A stretch of 41,147 nucleotides of DNA from Bacteroidales bacterium (GCA_004557285.1 SFEK01000001.1:1-41147), one strand, 5' to 3'. Numbered from the stretch's first letter, positions 10,096-20,541 are shown. The notes: a model not told the origin generated them from the sequence alone. Program-made: numbers and translations.

Positions 10096-11160
10096 ATGAA
10101 CGAGAAAATAAGAATCAAGGATATTGCCGAAAAATCAGGTGTTTCTGTAGGAACAGTTGATAGGGTGTTGCACAACCGACCCAACGTGTCGAAAGAGGCA
10201 CGCGAAAAGGTGGAGGCCGTGCTCCAGAGCATCAACTACCAGCCCAACGTGTATGCCAGCGCCCTGGCATACAACAAATCATATACCTTCTTTTGCCTCA
10301 TCCCCAAACATGAGTCGGAGGCCTACTGGGCCGAGATTGAAGAGGGGGCCATGAAAGCCTGTGAGGCAAGGCGCGACTTTCAGGTGCATCTGGAAATGAT
10401 GTACTTCAACCGTTTCGACAACAACACGTTCATCAAGGCAGGTAAAGAATGCCTGAACGCACAACCCAGCGGCGTGATCATCGTGCCAACCGACCTTGAG
10501 GTGACCCGCAAGTTTACCGACAAACTGCACGAGCTGCATATACCTTTTATCTTATTAGACTCTTACATGCCCGACCTCAAGCCGCTGTCGTTCTATGGGC
10601 AAGACTCGTTCAGCAGCGGATATTTCGCCGCCAAGATGCTCATGCTCATCGCATCGCAGGAAAAGGAAATCATGCTGATGAAACAGACCAAAAACGGCAA
10701 GGTGGCCAGCAAACAGCAGGATAACCGCGAGGTGGGGTTCAGACATTACATGCAAGACCATTTTCCACAGATCAAAATCATCGAGCTCGACCTGCCGCTC
10801 GACAAGCAGAAGTCTCATTATGAGGAAATCCTGGAACAATTCTTCACCCAGCACCCCAACCTGCACCATTGCATCACCTTGTGCTCGAAAGCACACATCG
10901 TGGGCGAATTTCTGCTCAAGACCAACCGGCGTGACGTGCAAATTATGGGCTATGACATGGTGGAGAAAAACGCCACCTGCCTGAGACTCGGCTCCATGTC
11001 GTTCATCATCGCCCAGCATGCCTTCATGCAGGGCTACAACTGTCTCGACTCGCTCTTCAAGGCCATCGTGCTCAAGAAAAAGGTGGAACCGGTCAACTAT
11101 ATGCCCATCGAACTGCTGACCAAGGAAAACGTGGATTTCTACCGCAGGACTCAACTATAA
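10096..11160 (+). CDS. LacI-family transcriptional regulator (probable hexuronate regulator)
   Basis: IRIKDIAEKSGVSVGTVDRVLHNR HTH, YQPN hinge, sugar-binding domain; lies between kdgK and uxaA. Confidence 0.93.
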   Translation: MNEKIRIKDIAEKSGVSVGTVDRVLHNRPNVSKEAREKVEAVLQSINYQPNVYASALAYNKSYTFFCLIPKHESEAYWAEIEEGAMKACEARRDFQVHLEMMYFNRFDNNTFIKAGKECLNAQPSGVIIVPTDLEVTRKFTDKLHELHIPFILLDSYMPDLKPLSFYGQDSFSSGYFAAKMLMLIASQEKEIMLMKQTKNGKVASKQQDNREVGFRHYMQDHFPQIKIIELDLPLDKQKSHYEEILEQFFTQHPNLHHCITLCSKAHIVGEFLLKTNRRDVQIMGYDMVEKNATCLRLGSMSFIIAQHAFMQGYNCLDSLFKAIVLKKKVEPVNYMPIELLTKENVDFYRRTQL

Positions 11161-11226
11161 ATCTCAATACATCTGACAATCAAACCAAAAAAAAGAACCA
11201 TATAAACAACTATTTAAAAAACATTT

Positions 11227-12723
11227 ATGGAAAAAGCTTCATTCATAAAAATCAATCCGGCAGACTCGGTAGTGGTTTGCCTGCGCCCTTTCAACAAGGG
11301 AGAACAAATCAACGTTGACGGAAAAGACATCACCCTGGCACAGGACACACCTGCCGGGCACAAGGTGCTCATCAACGACACAGCCAAGGGCGAAAACATC
11401 ATCAAATATGGCTACCCCATCGGACATGCCATGGACAACCTCAAGGCCGGCGAATGGGTGAACGAGAACAACCTGAAGACCAACCTCTCGGGCACGCTGA
11501 CCTACGAATACAAGCCTGTGGATGAAAAACTCGACATTGCCAACGACAACCTCACCTTCAACGGATATGTGCGCAAGAACGGCGAGGTGGGCATACGCAA
11601 CGAGGTGTGGATTGTGCCCACCGTGGGCTGTGTCAACGGCATCGCCGAGCGTCTGGCGGCCACGCTGGAGGCTGAAACCCGCCTGGAGGGCATCGACGCC
11701 GTGCATGCCTGGCACCACAACTATGGCTGCTCGCAGCTGAGCGAAGACCATGAGAACACCCGCAAGGTGCTGCGCGACATCGTGCTGCACCCCAACGCAG
11801 GAGCCGTGCTCATCCTCAGTCTGGGATGCGAGAACAACCAGCCCGAAGAGTTTGAGAAACTCCTGGGCGACTACGACAGGGAGCGCATCAAGATTCTCGT
11901 GGCCCAGAAGGTGCAGGGCAACGAGGTGGAAGAGGGCATGAAGATACTGCGCTCGCTCTACGACATCGCCAAGAACGACAAGCGCACCGCCTGCCCGCTG
12001 AGCGAACTGCGCATCGGACTGAAATGTGGCGGCAGCGACGGCTTCAGCGGCATCACGGCCAATCCGCTGGTGGGCGAGTTTTCCGACTATATCGTGGCCC
12101 AAGGCGGCACGTCTATCCTTACCGAGGTGCCCGAGATGTTTGGTGCAGAAACCATTCTCATGAACCGCTGCGAGAACGAAGCGCTGTTCAACCAGACCGT
12201 GAAACTGGTCAACGACTTCAAGGAATATTTCCTCAGCCACGGCGAACCCGTGGGCGAAAACCCCTCACCCGGCAACAAGGCCGGAGGTATATCAACCCTC
12301 GAAGACAAGGCGCTGGGATGCACACAGAAATGCGGACGCGCTCCCGTGAGCGGAGTGCTGAGCTATGGCGACCGCCTGCAGACCAAGGGGCTCAACCTGC
12401 TTTCGGCTCCCGGCAACGACCTCGTGGCTTCTACAGCCTTGGCAGCAGCAGGATGCCAGATTGTGCTCTTCACCACAGGTCGAGGCACACCTTTCGGCAC
12501 ATTCATCCCTACCATGAAGGTATCGACCAACAGCGACTTGTTCCGCAACAAGCCCAACTGGATTGACTTCAACGCCGGCGAACTGGTCGATGGCACCGAC
12601 ATGAAGACCCTGCTCAGGAAATTTGTCAACAAGATCATCGCCGTGGCCAACGGCGAACAGACCTGTAACGAGAAAAACGGATACAGAGAGATCTCCATCT
12701 TCAAGAATGGAGTGACGCTGTAA
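11227..12723 (+). CDS. uxaA: Altronate dehydratase
   Basis: SAF domain (GHK, IIKYGYPIG), GIRNE, GCSQL, LGCENN, KCGGSDGFSGITANP, FTTGRGTP. Confidence 0.96.
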   Translation: MEKASFIKINPADSVVVCLRPFNKGEQINVDGKDITLAQDTPAGHKVLINDTAKGENIIKYGYPIGHAMDNLKAGEWVNENNLKTNLSGTLTYEYKPVDEKLDIANDNLTFNGYVRKNGEVGIRNEVWIVPTVGCVNGIAERLAATLEAETRLEGIDAVHAWHHNYGCSQLSEDHENTRKVLRDIVLHPNAGAVLILSLGCENNQPEEFEKLLGDYDRERIKILVAQKVQGNEVEEGMKILRSLYDIAKNDKRTACPLSELRIGLKCGGSDGFSGITANPLVGEFSDYIVAQGGTSILTEVPEMFGAETILMNRCENEALFNQTVKLVNDFKEYFLSHGEPVGENPSPGNKAGGISTLEDKALGCTQKCGRAPVSGVLSYGDRLQTKGLNLLSAPGNDLVASTALAAAGCQIVLFTTGRGTPFGTFIPTMKVSTNSDLFRNKPNWIDFNAGELVDGTDMKTLLRKFVNKIIAVANGEQTCNEKNGYREISIFKNGVTL

Positions 12724-12826
12724 TCCTCTGTAGCCGTCGAGGGGGGCTTGCCGGATGGCCCTTGTGGTGTGTCCCAGGCCCTCCTTGACCTATATTCATA
12801 GACCTATCAAGTAAACGGAAAAAAGC

Positions 12827-13657
12827 ATGCACATCATCTATCGCAATTTTGTACGACTTCTGGCAGCAGGCTCATTCAACAGCCACGGGCCGGTGGAAAG
12901 CATGTCGCTCTTCAAATGGCAACGCCTGATGGAAGTGGCCCGTTTTCATGGTGTCCACGAATATGTGATGCAGGGCATCATCCGCAGTCAGGAGCAAGGC
13001 TACAACGGCACCCCTTCAACCATCATACAACTGGCCAAGGACGAAGCCGAGAAGAGCGACCACTTTGCCCAACCCTTGCTGCAAGGCGACAACTACCATC
13101 CTGCCCGTAACGACGAGCGCAGGTTCTCCAACTTCATCTACCAGCACAGGTACAACAAAATCGTGTACAACGAGATACACAGCATCGACACCTCGACCAC
13201 CACGCTCGAGCTTCTCGACATCTGCATCAGCCATGTCAACAAGATGTACCTGGAAGGACTGCAGCTCAACGACATCATCACCTTCGGGGCATGGCTGCGG
13301 CAACTGGGCGACAAGACCGACTTTGTGAAGATTGACCAGTGGATAGGCTCCCTGCACATCGGCAAGGCCCTCGACCTGCTGGGCAGCCACCTGGTGGCCC
13401 TGTTCGGTTTCGACAAAGAGGAGATACCCTTCATGAAACGCTACGACGAGCAAGTGTTTCTCACCACCTTCGAGGCGATGAAAGAAGAACTGATGGACGG
13501 ATGTGAACACCTGGCGGCTGAAAAGGGCAGAAAGACGGTGAGCCGTGTATGCCACTCCAACGCCCTGCCGCTGAAATATTTCAAATACAATCCCACAGAG
13601 GCCGCCAGCAAGGTGATGGCCAACATTGCGAGAAGTCTTTCAAATATTGATGAATAA
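12827..13657 (+). CDS. Hypothetical protein (helical; resembles flanking parts of uncharacterised nucleotidyltransferase-family proteins)
   Basis: 276-aa ORF with host-like codon usage and A-rich start context; no clear catalytic motif. Confidence 0.75.
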   Translation: MHIIYRNFVRLLAAGSFNSHGPVESMSLFKWQRLMEVARFHGVHEYVMQGIIRSQEQGYNGTPSTIIQLAKDEAEKSDHFAQPLLQGDNYHPARNDERRFSNFIYQHRYNKIVYNEIHSIDTSTTTLELLDICISHVNKMYLEGLQLNDIITFGAWLRQLGDKTDFVKIDQWIGSLHIGKALDLLGSHLVALFGFDKEEIPFMKRYDEQVFLTTFEAMKEELMDGCEHLAAEKGRKTVSRVCHSNALPLKYFKYNPTEAASKVMANIARSLSNIDE

Positions 13658-13676
13658 CTAATTTTCTCTAATTTTT

Positions 13677-13707
13677 TTTGTTATCACAACGATTAGCTGT
13701 ACCTTTG
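13677..13707 (+). promoter_or_regulatory. Promoter for the GH25-led gene run
   Basis: TTTG (13677-13680), 19 nt, TACCTTTG (13700-13707). Confidence 0.7.
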
Positions 13708-13713
13708 CAGGCT

Positions 13714-14421
13714 ATGAGACATTATCTTGCATTAATAGTAACAATATTCTTTCTTGACATACCATATAGTTTCGCACAACGCGCCGAAGGATACCTGCAA
13801 TGTGAAGACACTTGTCGGCACATACACGGCATAGACCTGAGCCACTACCAGGGAGAGGTGTTCTGGGAGCATGTGGGCGACAACAGCAAGATGGCCTACG
13901 TTTATCTCAAGGCCACAGAGGGCAGCACCAACATTGATGCCACCTATGCCAGAAACATCGACCTGGCTCACAGGTATGGACTCAAAGTGGGGTCGTATCA
14001 TTTCTTCCGCCCCAAGACCGAACTGGTGAAGCAACTGGAAAACTTCAAGTCGCAATGCCGACCGGGCGACCAAGACCTTATCCCCATGATTGACATCGAA
14101 ACCACAGGCGGACTGAAGACCGACGAGTTTTGCGACTCGCTGTTCAAGTTTCTCGACCTCGTGGAAAAGGCCTACCGGCAGAAGCCTTTGCTCTACACCT
14201 ACACCAACTTCTACAACAAACACCTTAAAGGCAAAATCAACGACTATAAGCTCATGATTGCCCAATACTCGGACAAGGAGCCGGTGCTCGCCGACGACAA
14301 AGACTACATCATGTGGCAATATACCGCCAAGGGGCGCATCAACGGCATCAACACCTATGTGGACAAAAGCCGATTCATGGGCAGGCACAGCATGAGGGAA
14401 ATCAGGTTCAAGCATTTCTGA
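13714..14421 (+). CDS. Glycoside hydrolase family 25 muramidase (lysozyme)
   Basis: GIDLSHYQG, YLKATEG, GSYHFF, DIE catalytic motif, WQYT..G...GI; signal peptide. Confidence 0.93.
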   Translation: MRHYLALIVTIFFLDIPYSFAQRAEGYLQCEDTCRHIHGIDLSHYQGEVFWEHVGDNSKMAYVYLKATEGSTNIDATYARNIDLAHRYGLKVGSYHFFRPKTELVKQLENFKSQCRPGDQDLIPMIDIETTGGLKTDEFCDSLFKFLDLVEKAYRQKPLLYTYTNFYNKHLKGKINDYKLMIAQYSDKEPVLADDKDYIMWQYTAKGRINGINTYVDKSRFMGRHSMREIRFKHF

Positions 14422-14495
14422 CCCCGGCACCAACCTATTACCGACAACAAACACATTATAATAATATAGTAACCTCTATAAAATTCCATTAAACC

Positions 14496-15683
14496 ATGGC
14501 AATGATCAAATGTCCAGAATGTGGTCACCAGACCAGCGACAAAGCTCAAACATGCCCCAGCTGCGGCATACAGATAGCAGGCAACATCGTGCGTTGCAGC
14601 AACTGCGGCGAAATTTATTTCAAAGACGAAGTGGTATGCCCACATTGCCACACGGCAAACGCCATGGGCACCACACAACCGGCAGCACCACAGCCTGAGC
14701 CACAACGACCGGCAGCACCACAGGCCAGCACACCACGCCCCAAACCGACTGCACCAACAACCCCTACAACCCCATCCGACAACGACAACGGGAACGGAAA
14801 CGACAGAACAGGCGGCAACAAGAACAACAAGTCGGTTCTCTTTGCCTCGATCGTCATCGCCCTGCTCGTGCTCGGCGTGTGCTTCTATGTGTACAACAAC
14901 GCCCAGAACAACCGCGAACAAGAGGAATATGAGTTTGCCATGAAGAGCAACGACCCCACCGTGCTGCAGACCTATCTCGACAATTACAAGGATGCGCCAC
15001 AGGAGCATCGCGACTCCATCAGCGCACACCTGCTGCTGCTCACACAGCAGGACAAGGACTGGACCGACGCTCTGGTGAACAACTCGAAGACAGCTTTTGA
15101 AAACTATCTCAAGAACCATCCCGACAGTCCGCACAAACAGGAGGCCATGGAGAAAATCGACTCCATCGACTGGGATGTGTGCTGCAAGAACAACACGCCT
15201 GAGGCCTACCAGAAATACATGGACGAGCATAACGACGGCGCACACTACGACGAGGCGCAGGACAAGCTGAAGAAAGCCAAGACACAAGAAGTGACACTTA
15301 GCGAACAGCAGGCCTTGGGCAATCTCTTCCACCGTTTCTTCGTGAGCATCAACAGCAAGGACGAGGGCGGTCTGGTGTCCACCGTCAACGACTATGTGGA
15401 CTTTCTGGGCAAGGCAAGCGCCTCCAAGCAAGACATCGTGGGCTACATGCACAAGCTCTACAAGGAGGATGTGGAGCAGATGGTGTGGAGCCTCGACAAC
15501 AACTACGACATCAGCAAGCGCGAGGTGGGCGACGAGAAATACGAATACACCGTTCGTTTCATGGCCCTGCAGAAGGTGAACAAGACCGACGGCAGCACCA
15601 CAACCACCAAATACAAGATTGATGCCACGGTGAGCCCCGACGGCAAGATCACCCGTATGACGATGAACAAGTTTGTGGAATAA
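14496..15683 (+). CDS. Zinc-ribbon membrane protein with periplasmic helical repeats
   Basis: Four CxxC motifs, Pro/Thr/Asn linker, one TM, three Y(L/M)xxxxxxxH-type helical repeats, C-terminal NTF2-like alpha/beta region. Confidence 0.85.
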   Translation: MAMIKCPECGHQTSDKAQTCPSCGIQIAGNIVRCSNCGEIYFKDEVVCPHCHTANAMGTTQPAAPQPEPQRPAAPQASTPRPKPTAPTTPTTPSDNDNGNGNDRTGGNKNNKSVLFASIVIALLVLGVCFYVYNNAQNNREQEEYEFAMKSNDPTVLQTYLDNYKDAPQEHRDSISAHLLLLTQQDKDWTDALVNNSKTAFENYLKNHPDSPHKQEAMEKIDSIDWDVCCKNNTPEAYQKYMDEHNDGAHYDEAQDKLKKAKTQEVTLSEQQALGNLFHRFFVSINSKDEGGLVSTVNDYVDFLGKASASKQDIVGYMHKLYKEDVEQMVWSLDNNYDISKREVGDEKYEYTVRFMALQKVNKTDGSTTTTKYKIDATVSPDGKITRMTMNKFVE

Positions 15684-15695
15684 AAGACATTTGTC

Positions 15696-17453
15696 ATGAT
15701 ACATTTCAAGCCTTTGACAGCCATCGTCTCGGCACTATTACTTGCCCAACCACTCTGCGCCATGCCCATAGAATTCAGAATCATCCAGACCACTGACGTA
15801 CACGGTAGTTTCTTTCCCTACGACTTCATCAACCGCAAGCCGCAAGCCGGCTCTCTGGCACGCGTGAGCACATACGTCAAGCAGTTGAGAGAGCAGTATG
15901 GAGACCGTCTGATTCTGCTCGATGCGGGAGACATCCTGCAAGGACAGCCCACCTGCTACTATTGCAACTATGTGAAGCCCGAAATACCCAACGTGGCCGC
16001 CCAGGTGATCAACTACATGGGCTATGACGCCCAGACCATAGGCAACCACGACATCGAGACGGGACATGCCGTGTATGACAAATGGATTGGCGAGACACGC
16101 TGCCCCATGCTGGGCGCAAATGTCATCGACACACGCACACAACAGCCCTATCTCAAGCCCTATACCATCATCGAGCGAAGCGGGGTGCGCATAGCTGTCA
16201 TCGGCATGCTTACCGATGCCATTCCTTGCTGGCTGGGTGAAGAGCTGTGGCAGGGACTGCGCTTCGACGACGTGGTGGAGAGCTCGCGCCAATGGGTGGC
16301 TTATGTCAAGGAGCATGAGCACCCCGATGTGATAGTGGGTCTCTTCCATTGTGGACTGGAAGGGGGCATCGCCACCGACGTCTATGAGGAAAACCCCACC
16401 CTGCGTGTAGCTAAAAACGTGCCGGGCTTTGATGTCATCTTCTATGGTCACGACCACCGCACCCACCAGCAGGTGGTGACCTCGGCAGACGGCAGCGAGA
16501 CGCTTCTGCTCAACCCGTCGAGCAACGCCACACACGTTTGCGATGCCACCTTGCGTGTGGAAATCGACGACAACGGGAAGGTGACCAACAAGAAACTGCT
16601 GGGCAAACTGCAGAGCGTGCGCGACTTGGACATCGACGACCAGTTCATGCAGCACTTCCAGGCCAGCATCGACAGCACCATGACCTTTGTCAACCGCCGC
16701 ATAGGCACCATGACACACACCATCTACACACGCGACGCCTTTTTCGGAAGCAGTTCGTTCTGCGACCTGGTGCACAACCTGCAGCTGCAGATAACCGGCG
16801 CCGACATCTCGTTCAACGCTCCCCTCACCTTCGACTCGACCATTGCCGAGGGCGACATCCACATGAGCGACATGTTCAACCTCTACAAATATGAGAACCT
16901 GGTGTGCTGCCTGAAGATGACGGGCAAAGAGATACGCAACTATCTGGAGATGAGCTACGACCAATGGATTGCCACCATGCGCACGCCCGACGACCACATC
17001 ATGCTCATGGACCAACGCACCAACAGCAAGAAGGAGCCTTATTTCGTGTTCAGAAACCTGGCTTTCAATTTTGACAGCGCAGCCGGCATCAACTATGAGG
17101 TGGACGTAACCAAGGAAAAGGGCAGCAGAATACACATCCTCAGCATGGCCGACGGCACACCGTTTGACAACGACAGATGGTACAACGTGGTGATGAACAG
17201 CTACCGGGCCAACGGCGGCGGCGAACTGCTCACCAAGGGGGCCGGCATTCCTCAAGACCAGCTCACCAAGCGCATCACCTACAAGAGCGAGCGCGACCAG
17301 CGACACTATCTCACCAAGGCCATCGAAGAGGCCGGGAACATCGACCCCAAGCCCAACGGCAACTGGCGTTTCGTGCCCGATGAATGGACAAAGCCAGCCC
17401 TGGAGCGCGACCGCAAACTGCTCTTCCGTTCGGCTTATGCTGACGGTGAATGA
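15696..17453 (+). CDS. Bifunctional metallophosphatase / 5'-nucleotidase (CpdB/UshA-like)
   Basis: TTDVHG, DAGD.LQG, GNHD, GHDH motifs; YKYEN and NSYRANGGG in the C-terminal domain. Confidence 0.93.
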   Translation: MIHFKPLTAIVSALLLAQPLCAMPIEFRIIQTTDVHGSFFPYDFINRKPQAGSLARVSTYVKQLREQYGDRLILLDAGDILQGQPTCYYCNYVKPEIPNVAAQVINYMGYDAQTIGNHDIETGHAVYDKWIGETRCPMLGANVIDTRTQQPYLKPYTIIERSGVRIAVIGMLTDAIPCWLGEELWQGLRFDDVVESSRQWVAYVKEHEHPDVIVGLFHCGLEGGIATDVYEENPTLRVAKNVPGFDVIFYGHDHRTHQQVVTSADGSETLLLNPSSNATHVCDATLRVEIDDNGKVTNKKLLGKLQSVRDLDIDDQFMQHFQASIDSTMTFVNRRIGTMTHTIYTRDAFFGSSSFCDLVHNLQLQITGADISFNAPLTFDSTIAEGDIHMSDMFNLYKYENLVCCLKMTGKEIRNYLEMSYDQWIATMRTPDDHIMLMDQRTNSKKEPYFVFRNLAFNFDSAAGINYEVDVTKEKGSRIHILSMADGTPFDNDRWYNVVMNSYRANGGGELLTKGAGIPQDQLTKRITYKSERDQRHYLTKAIEEAGNIDPKPNGNWRFVPDEWTKPALERDRKLLFRSAYADGE

Positions 17454-17469
17454 CCAAACACCTGACATC

Positions 17470-18273
17470 ATGAAGCATTATTGGTTCATCTTTCAAGGCG
17501 ACATGCTCCTGCTGGAGACTACAGCCCACGACACCTACCGGGTGCCATGTGCCGACATGCCGCCCGTGGATCCAAGCCCCGGCACCACCATACACGACAT
17601 CGGCCTGCTCGACGACATCGGCGTGAAAGCCTTTGCCACGACGACACACGAGCCGCAACCGGGCTTCGAGTTCATGCCCCTCAGGGCATCCTACAACCAC
17701 CTGCCACTTGCCCATTATCTCAAGGCGGGCAAATGCCGCGAAATCATCCATTGGGACAACGGAACACGCTATTGCGGAGCCTGCGGAACACCATTGGAAC
17801 CCATGACCGAAATATCCAAACGTTGCCCCAAATGCGGGCGTGAGGCATGGCCGCAGCTCAACATAGCGGTCATCGTGCTCATACGCAAGGCCGACGAGGT
17901 GCTGCTGGTACAGGCCAAGAACTTCAGGCGAAACTATTTCGGACTGGTGGCCGGATTCGTGGAAACGGGCGAAACCCTGGAACAGGCCGTGCAGCGAGAG
18001 GTGATGGAAGAAACACGGCTGACCATCACCAACCTGAAATACTTCGCCTCGCAACCCTGGCCATACCCCTGCAACCTGATGGTGGGATTTACCGCCGACT
18101 ATGCAGGCGGCGAGGTGGCCCTGCAGAGCGAAGAACTCTCCAAAGGCGGATGGTTTACCAAAGACAACCTGCCGCAGATACCCGAAAAACTGTCTATCGC
18201 CCGCAAGCTCATCGACAGCTGGATAGAACAGCAACAACACCCTACACCTATCCGGCATGAAACAGGGCACTAA
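17470..18273 (+). CDS. nudC: NAD(+)/NADH diphosphatase
   Basis: CGACG...CPKC zinc finger, Nudix box AGFVETGETLEQAVQREVMEE, SQPWPYP. Confidence 0.95.
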   Translation: MKHYWFIFQGDMLLLETTAHDTYRVPCADMPPVDPSPGTTIHDIGLLDDIGVKAFATTTHEPQPGFEFMPLRASYNHLPLAHYLKAGKCREIIHWDNGTRYCGACGTPLEPMTEISKRCPKCGREAWPQLNIAVIVLIRKADEVLLVQAKNFRRNYFGLVAGFVETGETLEQAVQREVMEETRLTITNLKYFASQPWPYPCNLMVGFTADYAGGEVALQSEELSKGGWFTKDNLPQIPEKLSIARKLIDSWIEQQQHPTPIRHETGH

Positions 18274-18637
18274 AGTCATCATTGCCATGGGCACCAACTG
18301 CCACAGACAGCAGCACACCACCCTTGCGTTGCAGCAGCTCAGACAGCTCATCGACAGCCGCCTGCAGGCCACCCAACCCCTTGAAACCGAAGCCATCGGC
18401 ATGGATAGCGACCGATTTCTCAACACACTCGTGGCCCTGCACACCACCCTGACGCTGCAACAGCTCACACAACTCACCAAAGACATCGAGCGCATGTGCG
18501 GCGACACCAAGGAAGCCAGAAACCACAACATCGTGAACATCGACATCGACATCCTGCAATATGGCGACACACGCCTGCATGTGGACGACTGGAACCGCCC
18601 GTACATCGCCACCCTGTTGAAACAACTCAACCCTTAA
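18257..18637 (+). CDS. folK: HPPK-like protein (2-amino-4-hydroxy-6-hydroxymethyldihydropteridine diphosphokinase), divergent
   Basis: IIAMGTN, ETEA, FLN, KDIE, IDIDIL motifs; short, 126 aa. Confidence 0.8.
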   Translation: MKQGTKVIIAMGTNCHRQQHTTLALQQLRQLIDSRLQATQPLETEAIGMDSDRFLNTLVALHTTLTLQQLTQLTKDIERMCGDTKEARNHNIVNIDIDILQYGDTRLHVDDWNRPYIATLLKQLNP

Positions 18638-18657
18638 CCCACCTATTTTTATTATAT

Positions 18658-19914
18658 ATGATGAAAAAGAACCTGACAAGACGACTGCTCGCCACGCTAT
18701 GCCTCTTCATGGTGATGATGCTGGCCCACGCCCAGCAGTTTGAGCAATATTTCTCCGACAACACCCTGCGCCTCGACTACATCTTCTCGGGCGATGCCCA
18801 CCGGCAGACGATAAGTCTCGACAAGCTCAATGTCATGCCCCGCTGGTACGGGCGCAAGGCACGTCTGGCCGAACTGCCTGCCGACGGCAACGGACAGCTC
18901 ACGGTGCGCAGCCACCGCACGGGCGAGGTGATTTACCGCCATTTCTTCTCCACCCTGTTCCAGGAGTGGCTCTCCTACCCCGAGGCCGAGACCACCAGCC
19001 GCGCCTTCGAGAACGTGTTTCTCGTGCCCATGCCCAAAGACACGGTGGATGTGACGGTGACACTCCGCGACAACCGCCGACAGGTGATGTGCGAGATGAC
19101 ACACACGGTGGCACCACAGGATATCCTCATCAGGCACATCGGACAGGAGAATGTCACCCCATATGTCACCCTTCAGCAGGCCGCCGACCCCGACCATTGC
19201 ATCCACATCGCCTTCGTGGCCGAAGGATATCAGGAGAGCGAGATGGACACCTATATCGCCGATGCGCAAACGGCCATCGACGCCATATTCGCCCACGAGC
19301 CCTTCAAGACGGAGCGCAGCAAGTTCAACATCATCGCCGTCAAGTCGCCATCGAAAGATAGCGGCACCAGCACACCATCGAAAGGCATATGGAAAAACAC
19401 GGCGCTCCACTCTCACTTCGACACCTTCTACAGCAACCGCTATCTCACGACGCTCAGTATCAAAACCCTGCACGACTGGCTGGCAGGCACACCCTACGAG
19501 CACATCATCATTCTGGTGAATACCGATGAATATGGCGGTGGAGGCATCCTCAACTCTTATGTGCTGTCGATGACCCACCATGCCAAATACCGCCCCGTCA
19601 TCACCCACGAGTTTGGACACAGCTTCTGCGGTCTGGCCGACGAATATGCCTACGAGAGCGAAGACATCCCCATGTATCCGCACGATGTGGAACCCTGGGA
19701 GGCCAATATCACCACGCTGGTTGACTTTGACTGCAAATGGAAAGACATGGTGACCCCCGACAAGAGCATCGGCCTGTATGAGGGTGCCGGCTACAACATG
19801 AAAGGCATCTACCGCCCCACCCCCGACTGCCGTATGCGCACCAACGAGCATCCCGACTTCTGCCCTGTGTGCCAGCGTGCCCTGCGCCGTCTCATCGACT
19901 TCTATACCAAATAG
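18658..19914 (+). CDS. Peptidase M64 (IgA peptidase family) metalloprotease
   Basis: Signal peptide; TLRLDYIFSG, FVAEGY, YGGGGI, HEFGHSFCGLADEY, EGAGY, CRMR..FCPVC. Confidence 0.93.
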   Translation: MMKKNLTRRLLATLCLFMVMMLAHAQQFEQYFSDNTLRLDYIFSGDAHRQTISLDKLNVMPRWYGRKARLAELPADGNGQLTVRSHRTGEVIYRHFFSTLFQEWLSYPEAETTSRAFENVFLVPMPKDTVDVTVTLRDNRRQVMCEMTHTVAPQDILIRHIGQENVTPYVTLQQAADPDHCIHIAFVAEGYQESEMDTYIADAQTAIDAIFAHEPFKTERSKFNIIAVKSPSKDSGTSTPSKGIWKNTALHSHFDTFYSNRYLTTLSIKTLHDWLAGTPYEHIIILVNTDEYGGGGILNSYVLSMTHHAKYRPVITHEFGHSFCGLADEYAYESEDIPMYPHDVEPWEANITTLVDFDCKWKDMVTPDKSIGLYEGAGYNMKGIYRPTPDCRMRTNEHPDFCPVCQRALRRLIDFYTK

Positions 19915-20541
19915 ATGCACAGATTGCCCTACTTACGATCTACGGTCTTGTGCGGCCTCTTCATCGTCATGCCGGCCATGCTACATGCGCAGACCGGCAA
20001 GGCAGAAGACACGCGCAGACTGGAACGTGCGCTCGACTATTTCTCGGGGCAGAAATACCACGAGGCCCTGCTCCTGCTGGCTGCCCTCGACAGGCAATAT
20101 ACCCTCAACCCCCGCTTCAAGGCCTATCTGGGCATGTGCTACTATCACGAGTGGGAATACGACAAGGCCTGTCTGTATCTCGACGGGTGCATACCGCAGC
20201 TCGAAGCCTTCTCGCCACAGGAGCGTGGTGTGTATTATCATGCCGCCGCCGAGAGCCACTTCATGCTGGGGCAATACACCGAGGCCATCCCCCTCTATGA
20301 GCGGCGTCTTGTGGTGTGCCATGCCGACGAGCGTGCCGACGTGCTGTTCCACCTGGGGTGCTGCCACCTCTTCACAGGCAACGGACAGGCGGCCGCCGAA
20401 TACCTGCAGGCTTCGCTCAGCTGCTACGAAGCCTACCCCGTTGAGGGCAGGCAAAACCGCATCACACAGATAAGCAAGATGGTGAGGACACTCCAGCAGA
20501 CGGAGGCAAAAACAGACAAAAGCCCCTCTTACACACAATAA
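19915..20541 (+). CDS. Tetratricopeptide-repeat protein, exported
   Basis: Signal-like N-terminus and TPR patterns; starts immediately after the M64 stop (TAGATG). Confidence 0.8.
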   Translation: MHRLPYLRSTVLCGLFIVMPAMLHAQTGKAEDTRRLERALDYFSGQKYHEALLLLAALDRQYTLNPRFKAYLGMCYYHEWEYDKACLYLDGCIPQLEAFSPQERGVYYHAAAESHFMLGQYTEAIPLYERRLVVCHADERADVLFHLGCCHLFTGNGQAAAEYLQASLSCYEAYPVEGRQNRITQISKMVRTLQQTEAKTDKSPSYTQ

